Origin: Octopus vulgaris | Taxonomy: Eukaryota | Length of the DNA stretch: 64,000 bases | Direction: 5' to 3' | Assembly: GCA_951406725.2 (NCBI GenBank) | Contig: OX597814.1 | Span: 64,294,001 to 64,358,000, forward strand | Part shown: in pieces, positions 29,595 through 44,516 of the stretch | How the letters are laid out: the number at the start of each line of letters is the position of its first letter | Numbering within the stretch: position 1 is the stretch's first letter | Notes under the pieces: generated by a model | The model's database searches: none | Told to the model about the DNA's origin: nothing | The model's input: only the letters and a program-made list of their open reading frames with translations | Made by a program: the position numbers and the translations under genes

Positions 29595-31512
29595 ACACAC
29601 ACATTCAGATTCACGTGTTTAAATAGTAAATGCTTCTGAGGATAGATCTACTCGATCAAGTTTAACCCTAAACTAAATAACAATAACAGCATCTTTAACA
29701 ACTTCTTCCTTTTCCTTTATTATTACCCTGCATTGACTTCTTATTTGTACAAATTAGACCACCTAACCAATAGAAGCCATAAATTACTTTTAAAGTACTC
29801 TTCGAACAGATCGCGGAATTCGAATCGTCAGTACTCTTATCGCTACCTCCAACTGGACATTTACTGCATCTCACATCCTCTTACTCTGAAATCTTACCAC
29901 AATTGCTATTGTATCTTTCATGCATCTATGACATGCATCTATAAAACAGTAATATATTCTTACATACGTCTAACATAATAAGTGAAGCCCCTTGACAAAT
30001 GGCACTGTGTTGATAGATTTTTTGTTATTAACTTGTATGATATTTTCTCATTCTCACATAATGATTTCTGGGATATGTAAGTAGGAAGCCAAACTGTTAA
30101 CTATGAATAAATTCTAACTGAAAAAAGACTTCCGTCATTTTGTTAAGCACCAGCTCTTATGATATAACAGAGAAAAAATATAGCACTTGAATAGTCTTCA
30201 AAGCATACATACAAGTGCTTGAGTATATTTCTCTCTGTGCTTGCGTGTGCGTGTGTTTGTGTGTGTGTATGTGCATATATTTTCTCTGGTAGGGGATAGG
30301 AATATTGCTATAAGGAGGTTTCAGTGGGTTCATGAATGTTTTATTTATTATACTTTGGAAATTCAACTTGCTCAAATTTACATATACTATAATTTGAATA
30401 TATGTGTACTTACATGCATACACACTCATACATAGATATCGTTTTAAATATATTCACACACATCACACGCACACACACACTCACACGTGCGCATATATGA
30501 AAATTGAGTGCATTTATCGCACTGACCATCACATCACAGTGAAAAATTTCTTAAGGATACCTTCCACACATATACAACATTGTAAGGTGATTATAATTCT
30601 AAATCAACTGAAAGTATAAACTTTCAAGAAAAGGGTCGTTAGTGTTAATGAAAATTATTCTCTAAATCACTAAATCAGCGATCTCTCGATATTTCAATTA
30701 ATCGCAAATTAAATGGAAATATGCAAAGGGTAGGTGAGTCTAGTGTTTAGTAGAATTGATCACAGCTCTTGTCATTTGTTGGTTATACTAGACCACTTCG
30801 ACAAAGCGTAATTCACTGACAGCGATAAGAAAAGCAGAACAACTGATAAATGTAGCATTTTTGTCTGCAAATAATTAACCGACAAAGGAAAGGAAAGTAA
30901 TGACATAGGAAAAATCTCCCTTGTGGGCGTTTTGCATTGAGAACGTAAAAATAAAGTGCAAGTTACACTTAAATTAATTCGTCAAAAATAATTTCTAGCC
31001 AATTGGAATGATAACTGATGAGAAGTCATTTGTCAGAAGAGGGGTAAGTCACTGACGTTAATGACAATTAATTACGAAATCAGTAAGGATCAGAACTCCC
31101 GAAATTTCAATAGACTAAAATTTCTATGGAGATATACACGGAAGGTATGAATCTGTTCTGTGGTAGCTACTGTAACAAATATCTTTGGCGAGTAATTTTC
31201 ACAAACGTAAATTGCTTTTCTGTGATTAAGTATGATTTTCAGGTCGCTACTTGAAGTATCAGAATCATTCATTCCAATAATTACCACAGGAACCATTAGT
31301 ATATGTAAGAAAGGTTACAGGTTTAAAATATGATTATATATTCTTTTATTCGTAGCACTCACTCACTCACTAACTCTCACTCACACTCATTCTATATGTG
31401 CGTGAGTAGGTGTGTGTAGGAGTACGAGAAAGTAAGGTTATCATAGAGAGGAGTTGTGACAGACAGGATATATGTTCCTTCCTCGTTGCAATAGCATTCA
31501 TTTGTCTTAGAC

Positions 31513-31786
31513 CAGTGGTTCCCAAAATAAGTGGTACTGCTCCCCCACTGGAGGCAGTGGAAAGATCCAGGAGCGGGGGTGATGATTGGGTGGCCAAAAG
31601 AGGACGATGAATGTAAAAACAAGAAAATAATGGCTTAATATGGTTAAGTTCTATTTGTGAAATACAGTATTTTTTTAATTTGCTGCAGAAAGAGGTCTAT
31701 GTTTGTGGTGGTGGTGTGTGGTGAGGGCTACGAATGCAACGTGGGTTCCAAGGGGGCGGTAACCCGAAAAAGTTTGGGAACCATTG
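31513..31786. mobile_element. hAT (Charlie-like) MITE
   Basis: TIR cagtggttcccaaa/tttgggaaccattg; 8-bp TSD tcttagac/tcttatat. Confidence 0.85.
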
Positions 31787-33866
31787 TCTTATATAAATAT
31801 GTAGACAATATTTTGTTTTCTTTAAAAGTATATTAGACCAATATTTTAAAAGTCCTCTTCAAGTTTTGCCTATGTATGTATATATGTATATATATATATA
31901 TATGTGTGTGTATGTGTGTGTATAATTCAGTTTTGGGAATTAATAGATAAGCGGGTATTCTATTTCAGATCATACACAAAAAGTAACCTAATGAGTATAT
32001 CTGAAAGTAAGCTCATGGTATCCATTTGCACATTACGAAATAATGCTTTAAAGGATATAACCAGTATATCAGCAGGGTGTATAATATACTTCCTTAATTA
32101 TCTCCTACTTAAGTTAACACTTAAATTTATTAATTATGACGGAACTACAGTATTGGAAGATTACAATATATATACATACGCACAAATGAATACAAATATA
32201 TATACATATATAAATATATATACGCAATCATCAGATTTACAATTATTCCAACACATCTTCAGGTTCTTTTTCAAAGTATTGTTAATTTTACATCCCTTTA
32301 AAAATAAGCGTCAAATTAAGCAATAAATTAAACATTGAAAATTAAAAATAAAAATTATACTTTGTAATATTAAGAATTAAAACTTATAAATTATACATTA
32401 TAAATATGAATTAGTATATATATCAACCTTATTAAGTCAAGTATATAATGTCAAATACAAAATATAAGATATAAAGTCATACATCAGAATAAAAATGTAT
32501 GTGTTTAAATGTAAAATATACCAAGAAAAATGCAAATACATAATAATAGAGGATAATTTAAATTAAACTATGCATAGTGTAATTACCCACCTTGGTACTA
32601 ATCACGTTTAAATTCCCATAGTTCCCTGCTATCTTCTTCCTCTAATCGCCATTTTGGAAAGAAATATTGGTTCCAACAAAAAGGAAGATATGTATTTGCA
32701 TTTTTCTTTTAGAAAATTTTACTATCAGTGTAAAAATATTAGTCAATATACGAGCACGGGGAACATGCTTGATTTGCCTCATACTTATATGTTTAACCTA
32801 GGAGTACCTGTTGATGAAGACTTCGCCTAGCAAATTATTTTATTTGCTAATAGATGGTAAATGATCACACAGGAGATACATGGCAAGTGTTTTTATTTTT
32901 CATTTCCTTTGAAATTTATCTCTAATAGCGGTTTGGGTTTTGGCTATTCTTTCTAGCGTGCCTATGATGGATACCTCTTATGTGTTTAAATGTACACTGT
33001 ATTTATATGAATAGTATATAGTCTATTGACTAATTTTTCTACACGCTAGGCCTCAGACTCGCTAAAAATTTTCTTACCCTGATATTATTAATTATTGATA
33101 TTTTTTTGGCAAATTTTCGAAGTAACTCTAGCATTATTTTATATACGCGACAGGATATTTCAATTTCCATCTATCAGGCTTTGGTCGGCCCAGGACCATA
33201 GCAGAAGACACTTGCCCGATATACCACGCTGTAGAACTGAAACCATGTGGTTGGGAAGCAAACTGCTTGCCATACAGCTACACTTGTACCTATGATTATT
33301 CTCATTCTTCGCTGCATAATTGCTTCTAATTTTCTTCAGACATTTCGTTTTGGCTTCAACTCATGTAGTGTGAATAACAGTAGAGGTATGGTATAACTAA
33401 AATATGTTACCAAAGTATGCTTTCGTTGTTGTTGTTCTTGAAACCTAATTCAATCTGCATCAAAAATACAAATACTAAGCTGTCTTTTTATCTTTAATCT
33501 TTTACAACACCACTTGAAGGATTTTAGTTGGATAAATCAACCCTAGTGCTTAATTTAAAGTCTGTTACTTATTCTATCGGTGTCTTTTGCCGAAATGCTA
33601 GGTTACAGGTAACGTAAACAAACTAAAATCAGCTGCCAAGTGGTGTGTGTTTGGGGAGCGGACAAACACAGAAAGAAAAGCAACACACGCGCTCGGACGC
33701 ACACGCATACCCACACACATATACGGGCTTCCACATAATTTCCATCTACCAAATTCACTCACGAAGTATTTGTCGTCCCGACATTAAAGGGAAGACACTC
33801 GCATAAGGTGCCCTGCAGTAATACTGAACCCGAACAACCATCGTATATATATTTATATATACATAC

Positions 33867-33940
<74 letters not shown>

Positions 33941-33960
33941 AGATATAGATTTATAGAGAA

Positions 33961-34043
<83 letters not shown>

Positions 34044-34647
34044 CGCAGGAGTGGCTGTGTGGTAAGTAGCTTGTTTACCAACCACATGGTTCCGAGTTCA
34101 GTCCCACTGCGTGGCACCTTGGGCAAGTGTCTTCTTCTATAGCCTCGGGCCGACCAAAACCATGTGAGTGGATTTGGTAGACGTCGTATATATGTATATA
34201 TATGCATGTGTGTGTTTGTGTGTCTGTGTTTGTCCCCCTAGCATTGCTTGACAACAAATGCTGGTGTGTTTATGTCCCCGTTACTTAACGGTTCGGCAAA
34301 AGAGTCCGATAGAGTACGTACTGGGCTTACAAAAGAATAAGTCCCGGGGTACTTATATACGTAATATAATTATAAACAGGGAAAATTTTATCCATTTCTC
34401 CGCAGATGAAAAAATGCTGAACAACCTTAAGCAATTTTCGAACCTTATTGGGTTCTCAGCAGAGGCGTCCACATGGTTTTAACAATCTCCAGAGTAACAA
34501 TCAGCCAAATTGTTTGTATATACATATATGTGTATATGTGCGTATGTGTGTGAACCGCTAGAATAAGTACTAGGCTTACAAAGAATAAGTCCTGGGGTCG
34601 AATTCCTCGACTAAAGGCGGTGCTCAAGCGTTGCTGCAGTCAAAATG

Positions 34648-35738
34648 ACCCAGGGCAGCACTACCTCCTCTAGGCACTTGATATAGGCCTCCATGTTGAG
34701 TCTGGAGGCATAACGTCGCCATCATTAGTGATCACACCAAACATCATGATATTGACTGGATGTTTGATTTTTATCACCTTCGGTACATGTTTAGGGGATA
34801 CGGCAACCCAACGGTTGTTCTATGTGTTTACCATCTGATCCTGGCAAAAATTTTCCTTTCTCGTCTGAGAAAAACCAAAGCATATTCGGTTGTAAAGGAT
34901 GTTTGAGTTTGTTCAAAAGCTTTGTAGAGCAGTCTTTCCTCTTGTCCTTGGTGATTTGTGATAAAAATTGGCCTTTTCTCATCTTTTATTAGGAATACCG
35001 AACGCCTTTATGCACTACCTGCCTTATAAGAAACTCATGCACTCCCATATCTCTGTCGATGGACCTGATTGACTTGGAGGGATCATTATCAATCATGGCC
35101 TGGATCTCACCAATAAATTCAGGAATTCTTTTCTTATCAGGACGATCAGAGTGAGTTTTCTGAGTTGCCGTACCTTTCTAATCACCATTAGACTCATCCA
35201 ACTTTTCCCGAATCCTCTACACTGTCCCCGGATTGACACCCAAACATTCTGAAATGTTCGTATTGGAGCTTCCGGTGCGAATGCCAAGCCGAACAAAATG
35301 TTGTTTACAATTTAGGGCAAACGAATCGGTGGATGCTCCACTTTAGCAATTAGTGACGGAAAAGTGCGATGACGTCCTAGGAGAGACACTGGGCATTGAC
35401 GAAAACGAACTGGTTGGTCTGTTCCTGAGGCCCATCCGGTCGGAGACTACCATGGTTAATTTCCGAAGGGCGCTACCGGTTCGAGATAAACCCTACAGGC
35501 ATGGATGTGCCGTCAGGCGGGTTTGAACGAGGTGCGGGAAGAGCGACGAAGCTGTTCTGCATGCATCCATTCAGCGTCCGAGCATTGGTGACTTGTAGAG
35601 TTGTGCCGAATAGATGCTGTCGTGCATGACGGTGCCCAACTGACCCTACTATACTATGTAGTCGATAAAATCAAAAACAAACATGCACATGCACGAAATC
35701 AAAAATATAAATGGTGACAATTTACCCATCGCACCCTG
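34648..35738 (-). mobile_element. Tc1/mariner-family relic interrupted by a Tx1-like fragment (about 35300-35640, +)
   Basis: LWFFSDEK motif; terminus cagggtgcgatgggtaaattgtcacc followed by TA. Confidence 0.65.
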
Positions 35739-35762
35739 TATATGTATATATGTATGTGTGTG

Positions 35763-35820
<58 letters not shown>

Positions 35821-36669
35821 TTATGAGTGTATTTGCACAAGTTGAGCTGCTGCAGTTAACGGAAATAGATGGATTCATGTGCTGATTATATCTAGTAATG
35901 TGTGGAATGTAAAAAATGATTTTTTTAAATAAATGAAACCAAATTCGCATTGGTATGATAAGTATGTGGTAAAAATGGTTGATATTTTCTGGAGACTACT
36001 TCTAGATCATTCTTTCTACACAGACATTTCACCGCCAACTTCTCATCGTTATCTACTTCTCTCTTTTTTTTAAACATGATTACTTTTTCTTCTGTTTCTT
36101 CCTTTTACTCCTGTCTTCGTTTCAACCTAACTTTCCTGCTTTCGTTCACTCTTTCCTTTCTTCCTTCTTTTTTCTTTCTTTCTTTCCTTTCTTTCTCTCC
36201 TCCACCTCCTCCTCCTCCTTCTCATCCTCCTCCACCTCCCCTCCACCTCCTTCTTCTTCTTCTTCTTCTTCTTCTTCTTCTCCTTCTTCTTTTCATCTTC
36301 CTCATTTTAATCATCATCATCATCATCATCATCATCCTCATCATCATCATCATCCTCGTCCTCATCCTCATCATCATCATCATCACCACCATCATTGTCA
36401 TCATCATTAGGGAGTTGAATTGGCAGAGTTCTCAGAGCATCAGACAAAATACATTGTGCATTTCTTTCTCAGGTCAAATCCTACCGAGATTTCAACTTCG
36501 CTTTCATCCCTCCGGAGACGATAGAATAGAACGTCAATTGGAGAAGGAGGTTAATGTCATTGACTACCCTACCCCTAAATTACTGTCGTGACCCCTATAA
36601 TGTCGTTAGGTGCTCATGTCCCCCCTATAATGTCGTTAGGGCAATGGAATCAGTGGATGTTCCACTTTA

Positions 36670-39070
36670 AGAGTTAGTGACGGTAAAGTGCGACGACATC
36701 CTAGGAGAGACACTGGGCGTTGACGAAAACGAACTGGTTAGTCTGTTCCGGAGGTCTATCCGATCGGGGTCTACCATGGATAATTTCCGAGGGATGCAAC
36801 CGGTTCGAGATAAACTCTACAGGCATGGATGTGCTGTCAGACGGGCTTGAACGAGGTGCGGGAGGAGCGTGGAAACTGTTCTGCATGCACCCATTCAGTA
36901 TCCGAACATTGCTGACTTGTAGAGTTATGCCGAATAGATGCTGTCGCGTATGAGACAGTCAATCTATCGGCAGAGTCCTTCATTTAATCGGGCATGTAAA
37001 GCAGTTTTCCTAATCCTGCCAGGTGGCTGTGGTAAAAGAGGTCGTCTGGTAGACGAGGTTGAAAGGCATGAGGACAGAGACATTCTTGTTTGGTAGAGCC
37101 CTCATTGACTTTTTCATGTTCCACATACAGGCACACTCATTAACACAAACATGCACCAGCCCATATCTGGGACGGACTCTACAGACTCTGGTTCCTCCAC
37201 ATCACGGAGTGAAGACGAGGATAAATCCCACAAGCCGAAAAGGGAAAAACGAAAGCACAGGAAAAAACACCTGGCTTCACACTGTCACGCACACACTGGA
37301 GGACACAGAGAGCGCATCCGCAGGAGGCATAAACACATCGATAATAGCACCAACTCCTCCAGCTCCACAACCGTCAACACAAGCAACGTTACCATCACCA
37401 GCACAACCAACACTATCAAACCCCACCTCGCTCCAGAAAGAAAACTTACAAAAGAACAGTCAACCACAGACTCCAAATTTTGTGCTAGTGAGGAGAGCCA
37501 ACAAAGATTTGATGACCTTCATAGCTCGAAATGAAGAGATTGAGAGGAGTGCAATATATGACACAAGCACTCTTAAAATGCCCGAAGAGCTCATGTTAGT
37601 GTGCAAGCTGCTAACAGCATATAAAAACATTATGGAGGTTTTTTCCTCCGACGTGGGAACCCCTAATGTAAAATCCACCAACAGACTTTTAAATTGGTTC
37701 CTAGAGGAGCCCGAAGCAGAGCCGGAGGTCGAGCCACCCGGTCGCAAACAACACTAGGAGGGTAAGTAACCCCGCTCGTTTCTTTTCTCTCCACTCTTTC
37801 CGGTCAAGATGGCGATTATTAGAGTAGGTGGTATATAACAATCGATGGTGGATAGTTCTGAAAAAGGGTTATTAGAGTAAAGTCGGTAGAGTTTAGCCGA
37901 GGTGTTTGTAAAAAGAATGGCGCTTGTCGTCGAGTTACATCATAGAGAGGGTGAGTAAATAACCTGGCATGAGTAGGGCTCTGATTAATTTGGATCAATC
38001 AAAAACTTTTGAAAGGGTCAACCATCTATACTTGGATGCTGTTCTCGCGGCGGCCAGTTTCTGTCCTGTTTTCAGAGGCTGGATCGCTCAATATACAACA
38101 TCTGTTCAGTGGTCAAAGTAAATCTCTACTTACCGGAATCGTTTAGCATCGCATTTTCAATCTATCAAGAATGACTTCTCACGCACCTTCTATACATGCC
38201 ATTGCTACGGAAGCTGTCCCTGAAGGGTCGGACAGAGGTGGCGAATGCGCACATCGCTTCCGTCATCTTCTAGCGCCTGACCGTCGTCCTTTGCCTAGCT
38301 TCATGGAGGATCAAGTTGGAGTGCTCGCTCTTTCACTTTCTGTGAAAGGGGCGCTGAGTGGAGGACTGGGCATGCCGTGGCTAATGATGTGCATACATGC
38401 AATGAGGCTGCGACATCTCCAGCGTTTCCTTAACGGTGAGCAGTTGTGGGTCGCCGCTTGTCATACAGGATTTCCCGCAGCTCGTCTCATTGACCGAGCA
38501 ACAGTCCTGGTTCAAACGCAGACTGACAAAGGGTTCTTAGCAACTGAAGTGTCGATAAGAGCTCACAGTCCTCGGCCAGTCGAGCAATGAGGAAGGTCGA
38601 AGTTCTATATTGGTGTTCTATAGAGGGTTAGTAGCAAGCACGAGCGACGACGTCCCCGTGAAAACTCTGGGCATCGGCAGGGATCAATTAGCTGGTCTTT
38701 TCTGGAGGAGCTTCAGGCGGGGCTTATCGATAATTTCCAGAAATCTCTGGTTTGGCAGTGCTACATGGGTGCTGTAATGATTCGAGCTCTACAAGCACGA
38801 ATGTTCTGTCAGACGGACCTATCCAAGATGTGCGCAAGGCGATGAAGCAATTCTGCATGCACTCGTCCAGTATCCGGCTATTGCTAACTTGTGAAGCTTT
38901 GTCAAACAGCCGTTGATGCGTGTAGGATGGATCCAGCTATCAAGCCGATTTCATCGTGGGGATTGCCCCACCATCTTTTGAACAGAGAGGGAAGGCAGTT
39001 TTCTTCTGTCTGGTGATTATAACGACAGACGTAGTGTGGTAGACGAGGTCGAAAGGACTGAAGACATACT
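36670..39070 (+). mobile_element. Composite Tx1/L1-like LINE: ORF2 3' fragment, ORF1-like C-terminus (to 37757) and a deleted ORF2 starting at 37809
   Basis: RALINLDQSKTFERVNHL (RT motif), GGLGMPWL, KSLVWQCY; homology to 4290-4863. Confidence 0.7.
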
Positions 39071-40304
39071 CTCCTCTTGATTTCTATCCACAGGTTTCTT
39101 TACATCTTCATTCATTATCGGTTTGGTAATGAGGTTAATTTGTTCGACTAAAACTCTTCAAGGCGTGCCCCAATGTGTTCGAAGTCGAATGATAAAATTC
39201 AATCAAAACTACCCTCTGGCCCAATAATTGCATCGATGCAACCAGGGAAGGGACTGCATGTCAAGATTAGAAGAATCTCTTCTCATACCGCTCAGCAGTT
39301 TCACAACGACAGTCCTCAAAATTTCATTTGCAGCATGGTGTCATTGGCCGGCTCACTTCCCCTACGGCAGTCCAATCACAGCCTTCCTGAGCTGCATCGC
39401 CATGGTCCACATTAATCCACTAGTGTTGTAGTCGATGATGTCGTGACTATCTTAACGATGCTTGATCGCAGAAAATATATGTCTTTCTTGGTCACTGATG
39501 TCACTGACACTGAAAGCATTCATGTAGAATGGGTTCGTCTCCCTCTGCGCATTTTGGATACTTTCGTGCCGGTAAGGTTTGTCTCCAACTGGCGATGCTT
39601 CCCGTAACAAAGCCAGGTTAAATACTTCTAGACGATATCCATGTATCCCAGATTGACAGTTCTCTGGAACAGGCTAGCTACAATGGTATTGTTCGTTTCC
39701 ACCGCTAATCTTTTATAGCATATCAACGTAGAGCATTTACCGCCTACATTACCCGACTAGTAGAAGGCTATGAGTGCTTGAAAATTCTATGTCATGCACC
39801 AAGGCTTTGTTTCTTGTTTGAGCCAGGACTTTAACTTCACCAAAGAAACGAAATGATAAAAGATGTGCCTGACAAAGAGCCACAACACCAGTTCAGTGTC
39901 CTGGAATATTTGTAGATGCTGCATCCTCTGCAGATATCTACGCATCATCAGCTAAATCGTACCCAACCTTCTGTGAAGAAGTTGATAGATGGACCACCTG
40001 AAATGAAACGCATCCTTTTTGAGTATTGAAAGAGCAGAAGCTCCAAATTAGTCAGACGTGAGCTGTGACAAGGCATGACAATATTAGGTGCAATAGTTTT
40101 GAATAAATTGGACAGGATGGTCTCGGATAGAATTGCTCTCATCATAGACCTGCCCATTCAGAGATGACTTGGGCTACTATCGTGTAATGAAAACCCACAG
40201 CCATTGTGCATTAAAAGATTTATGGTCTATAGTATGGCGTTTGAATGGCGGAATTGTTTGAGCGTTGTAAAAATGTCTTCTAATATTTCTTATGCCTCTT
40301 TTTA

Positions 40305-40510
40305 AGGCGGTGAGCTGGCAGAATCATTAGCATGCCAGGTAAAATGCTTAACAGCATTTCGTTCATTTTTAAGTTCTGAATTTAAATTCCGTCGAGATTG
40401 ACTTTGCCTTTCATCCTTTCGGGGTCGATAAGATAAGCACCAGCTGAGCGTTGGAGTTGATGTAATCAACAAGGTCCCTCCCCTGGTCTTGTACCAAAAT
40501 TTGAAATTAA
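40305..40510 (+). mobile_element. tRNA-derived SINE family B with a Nin/Deu-like domain (copies at about 22965-, 36410+, 40960+, 42360-, 42528+, 42780+)
   Basis: ggcggtgagctggcagaa head; gcctttcatcctttcggggtcgataa domain. Confidence 0.75.
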
Positions 40511-41371
40511 TATTTTTCTGTCCCTTAGGTAGAATAAATATAGTTAACAATTTGACGTGGTTAACTTCACTTTTTACCAGTAAAGAGCTGAGATCAACTC
40601 CTGTCTTTTATTTTCTCTCTCTCCCTCTTTCGCTCTTTTTCTCTCCCCCCCTCCCTCTCTATTTCTCTTGCTACGTGGGAGAAAGAAATGTGGGGAAATT
40701 TAGTTTCCTTTCTCTTCAAGACAACTATTTCCACTCTATCACAGTGGAAGATTTGCAATCATCGTGACTCCGACAGAGCATGGTACACCACCGACACCAC
40801 TATGATGGTGGTGAGGAGATGATGATGAGGGGGATGTGACTGATGACAACAACGAGAACGTTGGCGATAATTATGATGGTAATTATAATCCTTGACACAA
40901 TATTGTTACATAATAAAAACCTCTTTGAATAAAAAATGAAACAAATGGTATGAACGACTCGAATTGTAGAAAGGCAATATTTATTTCGTCCCTCTTTACG
41001 TTCTGAGTTCAAATCCCGCCGAGGTCGCCTTTCACCCTTTTCGGGGTCGATAAAATGAATACCATTTGAGCATTGGGGCTCATGTAATTGACTTACTCCT
41101 TCCCCAAAAATTTCAGGCCTTGTACCTATTGTAGAAAGGAATATTTATTAACCACCCAGTCAAATATGTCCCAAACTTTTGATCAACTTTTGTTTATCAG
41201 AGACTTGACGCTTACGCCAGTCGAATACGTTTAATCAGAAGAGGTTTATCTGATGAAAAGTTATGACTTCCTTTCTTCCTTTCTCCAAAGTAGGGCAGCA
41301 TCCTTTATCTTATGCTTGTTTCAGTCATTGGACTGCAGTCACGCTGGGGTACTGCCTAAAAAAGTTTAGTC

Positions 41372-41620
41372 CAGTGGTTCTCAATCAATGTCCATGTGAG
41401 CCTTGGGGGTCCATGTAAGATTCTGTTAAAATTTATGTCCAATAAATTTATTATTCTTCTACAATACAGAAAATATTTTAACAATTTTTTTTATAGAATT
41501 CCTAATATTTGATTCTAAAAATATTATAGGATTTTGTTAAAAATCAAATGGCTAAGAGAGGTCATCCAAGTAAAATAGGAATCAAAAGGGTCCATAGGTA
41601 AAAAAAAAGTTGAGACAATG
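41372..41620. mobile_element. hAT MITE inserted in a SINE A copy
   Basis: cagtggttctcaa..ttgagacaatg; TSD gtttagtc/gtttaatc; partial copy at about 62970-63035. Confidence 0.75.
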
Positions 41621-43424
41621 GTTTAATCGAATAAATCGACCCTAGCCCTTTTTATTTATTTCTTTTTTTTAAAAGCCAGATACTTCTTTGTCGAACCCCT
41701 CAGATGTTAAGCGATGTCAAGGGACGAAGACAAATATAAAGACAAGCATACACATATACACATGTGTATATGTATATATATGACAATCTTTTTTCTGTTT
41801 ACGTCTATCAAATCCACACATAAGGTTTTAGTTAGTCTTAGGCATATAGTAGAAGACATTTCCCAAGGCACCAGACCGTAGGACTGAAACCGAAACCGTG
41901 TAGTTGGAAATCAAACTTCTTACCACGCTACAAACGCCTGCACCTAGAATACTTGTAGCTTCATCGAAATATAGAAAAGGAGAAACTGTTTTATTAGTCA
42001 TACGTTTGGTCTAGCTTTGAGAATGGAATAACGTTAAAAGAAAAATATATGTAAGAAAAGAAGACCTTGGATACACAATGATTCTCAAAAAGCGGAATGG
42101 TCACAGTTGACATGTGTCCTTTTGCTTGGGAGAGGACAAGGGATAAACCAAAACAACAACGCCTCCTGCTAATATGACCATTTAGACTGCTAGGAATGGC
42201 AGCCAAATTTCCTTCCAACCACATCATACCATCTTTAAAGAGTAAGGACTGACACATTAGGTAATAGGAGCAAAAATACGGTGAGGGATTGTCGCCGAAG
42301 TAGTGCCATCGCTTAAGGGGTTTCTTAAAAACAGCAGCGACCGTCAAAAAGTGTATGGTCGTTGTTATATTGGTTTCAAATTTTGACTCAAGACCAGTGA
42401 TTTCGGAGAAGTGGGGGATAAATCGAATACATCTACCCCAGTGCTGAGCATCTTTCGTGGCGTGGTAACGGTTCTGCCAGCTCACCGCCTCATAAATTTT
42501 CTTATATTAATATAGGTTATATTAAAATGCGGTGAGCTGGCAGAATCGTTAGCACGCCGGCCAAAATGCTTAGTGGCATTTCGCCCTTATTTAAGTTCCG
42601 GGTTCAAATGCCGCCGAGGTTGACTTTGAATTTCATCATTTCGGGGTCATATGATAATATATGATAAGGGGTTAGTCGATATAATCAACTAGCCACCAAC
42701 CACAAAACTTCAAAACTTTCTATCAAGTAGACTGCGGCCATGGTGGAGCATGTGTAAGGCATTAAGCTGGAATACTCCTTAGCGCGGATTAATGCTTGGC
42801 GCGGACAAAATGTTTGGTATTTCTTCAGGTTCTTTACGTCCTGAGGTCGGTGTTGCCTTTCATCATTTCGGCGTCGACAACATAAGTACCAGTCAGGTAC
42901 TGGGGCTGATGTACTCGACTTAACCCTCCCCTCAAAATTGCAAGCCTTGTACCAAAATTAAAGAATATATTATAATCATCCAAATTTTTACCATAACGCC
43001 ACTTACACACACACACACGCGCGCGCGCGCGCACGAGCATACACACACACACATACACACACACATACACACACACACAGTCATATTCATATTCGTTTAT
43101 ACTTACTCTGTTATAAGTTTCAGTGTCTAGATTGTGGCTATACTAGAATACCGCCTTCAGGGTATTTTAGTCGCTCTTGTCAACGAACTCAGCGATTTCA
43201 GGCTGTTACTCATTTTATCGATCATTTTACGTGTTAAGACGTACAAATTAAACAGCACCTGTTTCTAGCCGGATATAAGCATAAACATTCAGGCGCGCTC
43301 AGAAAGAAATGTATGCATATGTACGATTTGTTCGACTAAAAAGGCGGTGCTCCACCATGGCCGCAGTCAAATGTCTGAAACAAATAAAAGAATGTGTATG
43401 CATGTATTATGTGTGTGTGTGTAT

Positions 43425-43537
<113 letters not shown>

Positions 43538-43565
43538 AACATATATATATACATACATGCATACA

Positions 43566-43600
<35 letters not shown>

Positions 43601-43612
43601 TTATATACACAC

Positions 43613-43663
<51 letters not shown>

Positions 43664-43895
43664 AAACATTCAAACACTGAGAAATTTTAAAATTGATGAT
43701 ATCACCAGCAGTGACATAGGTGGATCGCATGCGCAATAGCATTAAATAGCTATGAATTATAAATTTGTTCGACGCCTATGGATGCTTAACAAGCATCCAC
43801 CTGCCAGAAATAAGAACTAAAGTCTTAAATTTATCCACTGTACTGCACCAAGATAAAAGAGAAAAACAGTATGCAAGGTAAACAGAAAGGATTAA

Positions 43896-44225
43896 CCCCT
43901 TACCCAACAATTATTTTGAAAATAAATGTATTTTTTCAGACATATTTTTTAATTGTTTTATTTTACTATGTTTTGAATGGTGATTTCGAGGTATATTTCA
44001 AACCTTATTTATTATGAATTTTAATTCAATAATATTGATTTTAAATTACCGCTTTGGGCAGAAACGAGTTAACCCGTTTTTTTTCATAAAAAGAGTTTAT
44101 AATAGACAAAGGAACTCGTTTGCTGTCGATTTTGGCGAGTCTATCTTTTGACGAGTTAACTCGCCAGAGATAGAAAAAAACGATTTCGGTCAAAACGCAT
44201 ATATTCGTTTCTGCCGGGTAAGTGG
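43896..44225. mobile_element. piggyBac-type MITE
   Basis: TTAA on both sides; TIR ccccttaccc/gggtaagtgg. Confidence 0.65.
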
Positions 44226-44269
44226 TTAAAACATTTATCAGCACAAATAAAAATATTATGCAATTAGGG

Positions 44270-44333
<64 letters not shown>

Positions 44334-44473
44334 ATAAATATCGTGTACATTAAGACACATCAAGAGGCTTCCAAATATGAAAGCCTTGTGCTAGAAAGAG
44401 CAGTAGAAAACTCAAACCACTAATTAAGGATAAATTCTCGAAAGGAATGAAAATTAAAAACGTTTACCATCTC

Positions 44474-44516
<43 letters not shown>

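Noticed and set aside
36592-36640. Direct repeat cccctataatgtcgttagg x2
   Set aside because: Small local duplication at a TE junction with no further structure
39320-40230. GC-balanced segment that looks like decayed coding sequence
   Set aside because: Stops in the frames examined and no motif I could recognise; probably an old TE but unsupported
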